The position numbers and the translations under genes are program-made. A stretch of DNA of 64,000 bases from positions 5,362 through 69,361 of the IMG/VR virus record IMGVR_UViG_3300037515_000354. One strand, given 5' to 3'. The stretch comes from a virus. Lineage: Duplodnaviria; Caudoviricetes. Of the stretch, positions 62,713-64,000 are shown one piece after another; within the stretch, counting starts at the first letter, position 1; the number at the start of each line of letters is the position of its first letter. The notes below the pieces were generated by a model. That model was not told the DNA's origin. It ran no database searches and saw only the letters and a list, made by a program, of their open reading frames with translations.

Positions 62713-63047
62713 CGCTCGACCACCGCCATGGTCACGTCGGTCTGCTCGTCCGTGGTGATGGTCACGACGCGGGTCGTCGGGTCCTGCATTTCCTTGATGA
62801 GCGGAATCCACCGCTCGGTGACCGTGGTCGACCCGTCGGCCAGGGTGTAAGCCTTGTCCTCGTGCGCCACGCCGAACGCGTCGGTTCCGGGCGTGATCAC
62901 GGTCACGGTGCAGACGGCCGCGTTGGCATTGCGGTAGACCGCGAACACGTTCGGCGCCGGAGCCATGGTGTCCGACGCGGTAACAGCAGTGAAGGTCGGA
63001 GCCGCGCCGGTCGCTACTGACAGGGTCTGCTTCGTACGGAGAGACAT
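62709..63047 (-). CDS. Hypothetical virion-associated protein
   Basis: Beta-rich; structural module context. Confidence 0.65.
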   Translation of the reverse strand: MSLRTKQTLSVATGAAPTFTAVTASDTMAPAPNVFAVYRNANAAVCTVTVITPGTDAFGVAHEDKAYTLADGSTTVTERWIPLIKEMQDPTTRVVTITTDEQTDVTMAVVER

Positions 63048-63057
63048 ATTGGATCAC

Positions 63058-63483
63058 TCACTTCCCGGATGTGCGGACCATCAGCCGCACGATCGCGCCG
63101 ACATGATCGATACGGGCTGTCTGGAACTTCCCGCCGTACTCCCGGACGCCCGAGCAGTGGGCATCGTCCACACCGTCGAGGCCGAGATTCGGGTTCTCGC
63201 GGAACACCCGTCGGAGCGACCGGTCCCCCGCCGGACTGAGGTACTGGTCGAGTGCACCCTGCGCGACAGACGACTCAGTCCGGGCCACCAGCACATAAAG
63301 ATCAAAGTTCCAGGTGGCGTCATTGCCGAACGAGATGTTGAAATCGGCCGTGTCGCGGGCAGGCATTACGACCATGGCCGGTACCTGGATGACGTCGGCC
63401 ACGTCGTTGAAGCCGCGCAGTCCCGGAATGCTGGTCTGCACCGTGTCGTCTATCGCCTGCCTGATCTCTCCGAGTGTCGGCAT
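63058..63483 (-). CDS. Tail terminator-like protein
   Basis: Position; LYVLVART...LDQYL pattern. Confidence 0.7.
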   Translation of the reverse strand: MPTLGEIRQAIDDTVQTSIPGLRGFNDVADVIQVPAMVVMPARDTADFNISFGNDATWNFDLYVLVARTESSVAQGALDQYLSPAGDRSLRRVFRENPNLGLDGVDDAHCSGVREYGGKFQTARIDHVGAIVRLMVRTSGK

Positions 63484-63487
63484 GGGA

Positions 63488-64000
63488 TCACCCGACCAAG
63501 ATGCGGTCGACGACGTACCGGCTGAGCTTGTTCTGTGCCATGAGGTTGTCCTTGACCCGGATGGTGCCCCACTGGTCCGATCCGGCGACGCCGAACGGGG
63601 AGTCCTTGAGCTGGAAGGTGGCTCCGGCCATGATCAGGCAGGACTGCTTGACCGGCGCCGGTACGGCGTTCCAGCCCCATGGCGCCGTGGCTCGCATACG
63701 ACCGCCGCGCCGGAGCCGTGCCGAACCGCCAGCTCGCATTTTGATCTTGTTGTACGGCCATCCGGACTGGCCGGACACGACGCCGTTGAGCGGGTGCAGT
63801 TCGTAGTCGGCCGCAGTCCACACGGTGTCGTACGCGCCGGTGTCCCCGGTAGATTCGATCACCAGTCCGGCGGTCGTGTAGAAGTCATCGACGATCACGT
63901 AGGTCGAGTTCAAGATCGGAAACTCTCGCGCCGTGGCCGCCGTCGCCTTGTTGAACTGGCGGTTGCAGAACTGTTCGATCTCTTCCGACACGGACTCCAG
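63488..64000 (-). CDS. Head-to-tail adaptor (5' truncated by the window edge)
   Basis: IEQFCNRQF...WGWNAVPAPVKQSCLIMA. Confidence 0.8.
   Translation of the reverse strand: MESVSEEIEQFCNRQFNKATAATAREFPILNSTYVIVDDFYTTAGLVIESTGDTGAYDTVWTAADYELHPLNGVVSGQSGWPYNKIKMRAGGSARLRRGGRMRATAPWGWNAVPAPVKQSCLIMAGATFQLKDSPFGVAGSDQWGTIRVKDNLMAQNKLSRYVVDRILVG

Overview
This 64 kb window is most of a GC-rich actinobacterial tailed-phage genome, probably a Streptomyces-type siphovirus. The host is inferred from gene content, and no database search was run. Layout: (i) 0.3-7.8 kb, minus strand: replication module with a family A DNA polymerase, NUMOD4-HNH endonuclease, prim-pol/helicase and an adjacent iteron-like origin candidate. 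(ii) 7.9-25.5 kb, plus strand: two ParB-like genes, an SF2 helicase, a PD-(D/E)XK exonuclease with a class 3 intein, tRNA-Asn, SSB, and a Streptomyces plasmid-like TraB/Spd conjugation module. (iii) 25.5-45.4 kb, plus strand: about 1 kb of non-coding DNA, then many short genes, a DUF932-like gene, an HU-like gene, tRNA-Arg, two HNH-AP2 endonucleases and a permuted papain-like hydrolase. (iv) 45.4-64 kb, minus strand: lysis genes, tail genes, tape measure, frameshifted tail chaperone and head-tail genes. Head and terminase genes lie outside the window, and no integrase, CRISPR array or rRNA is seen. The most striking signal is an operon punctuated by RNA devices: four type II hammerhead ribozymes with covarying pseudoknots between short genes (27.0-28.1 kb), a twice-repeated unknown 62-nt structured motif in the same stop-to-RBS position (30.1 and 30.6 kb), and a 49-nt tRNA-like element with no anticodon arm (32.5 kb). 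Also notable are a prfB-like UUU-UGA-C +1 frameshift candidate at the start of the DNA polymerase and a conjugation module whose DNA is saturated with short repeated pentamers.
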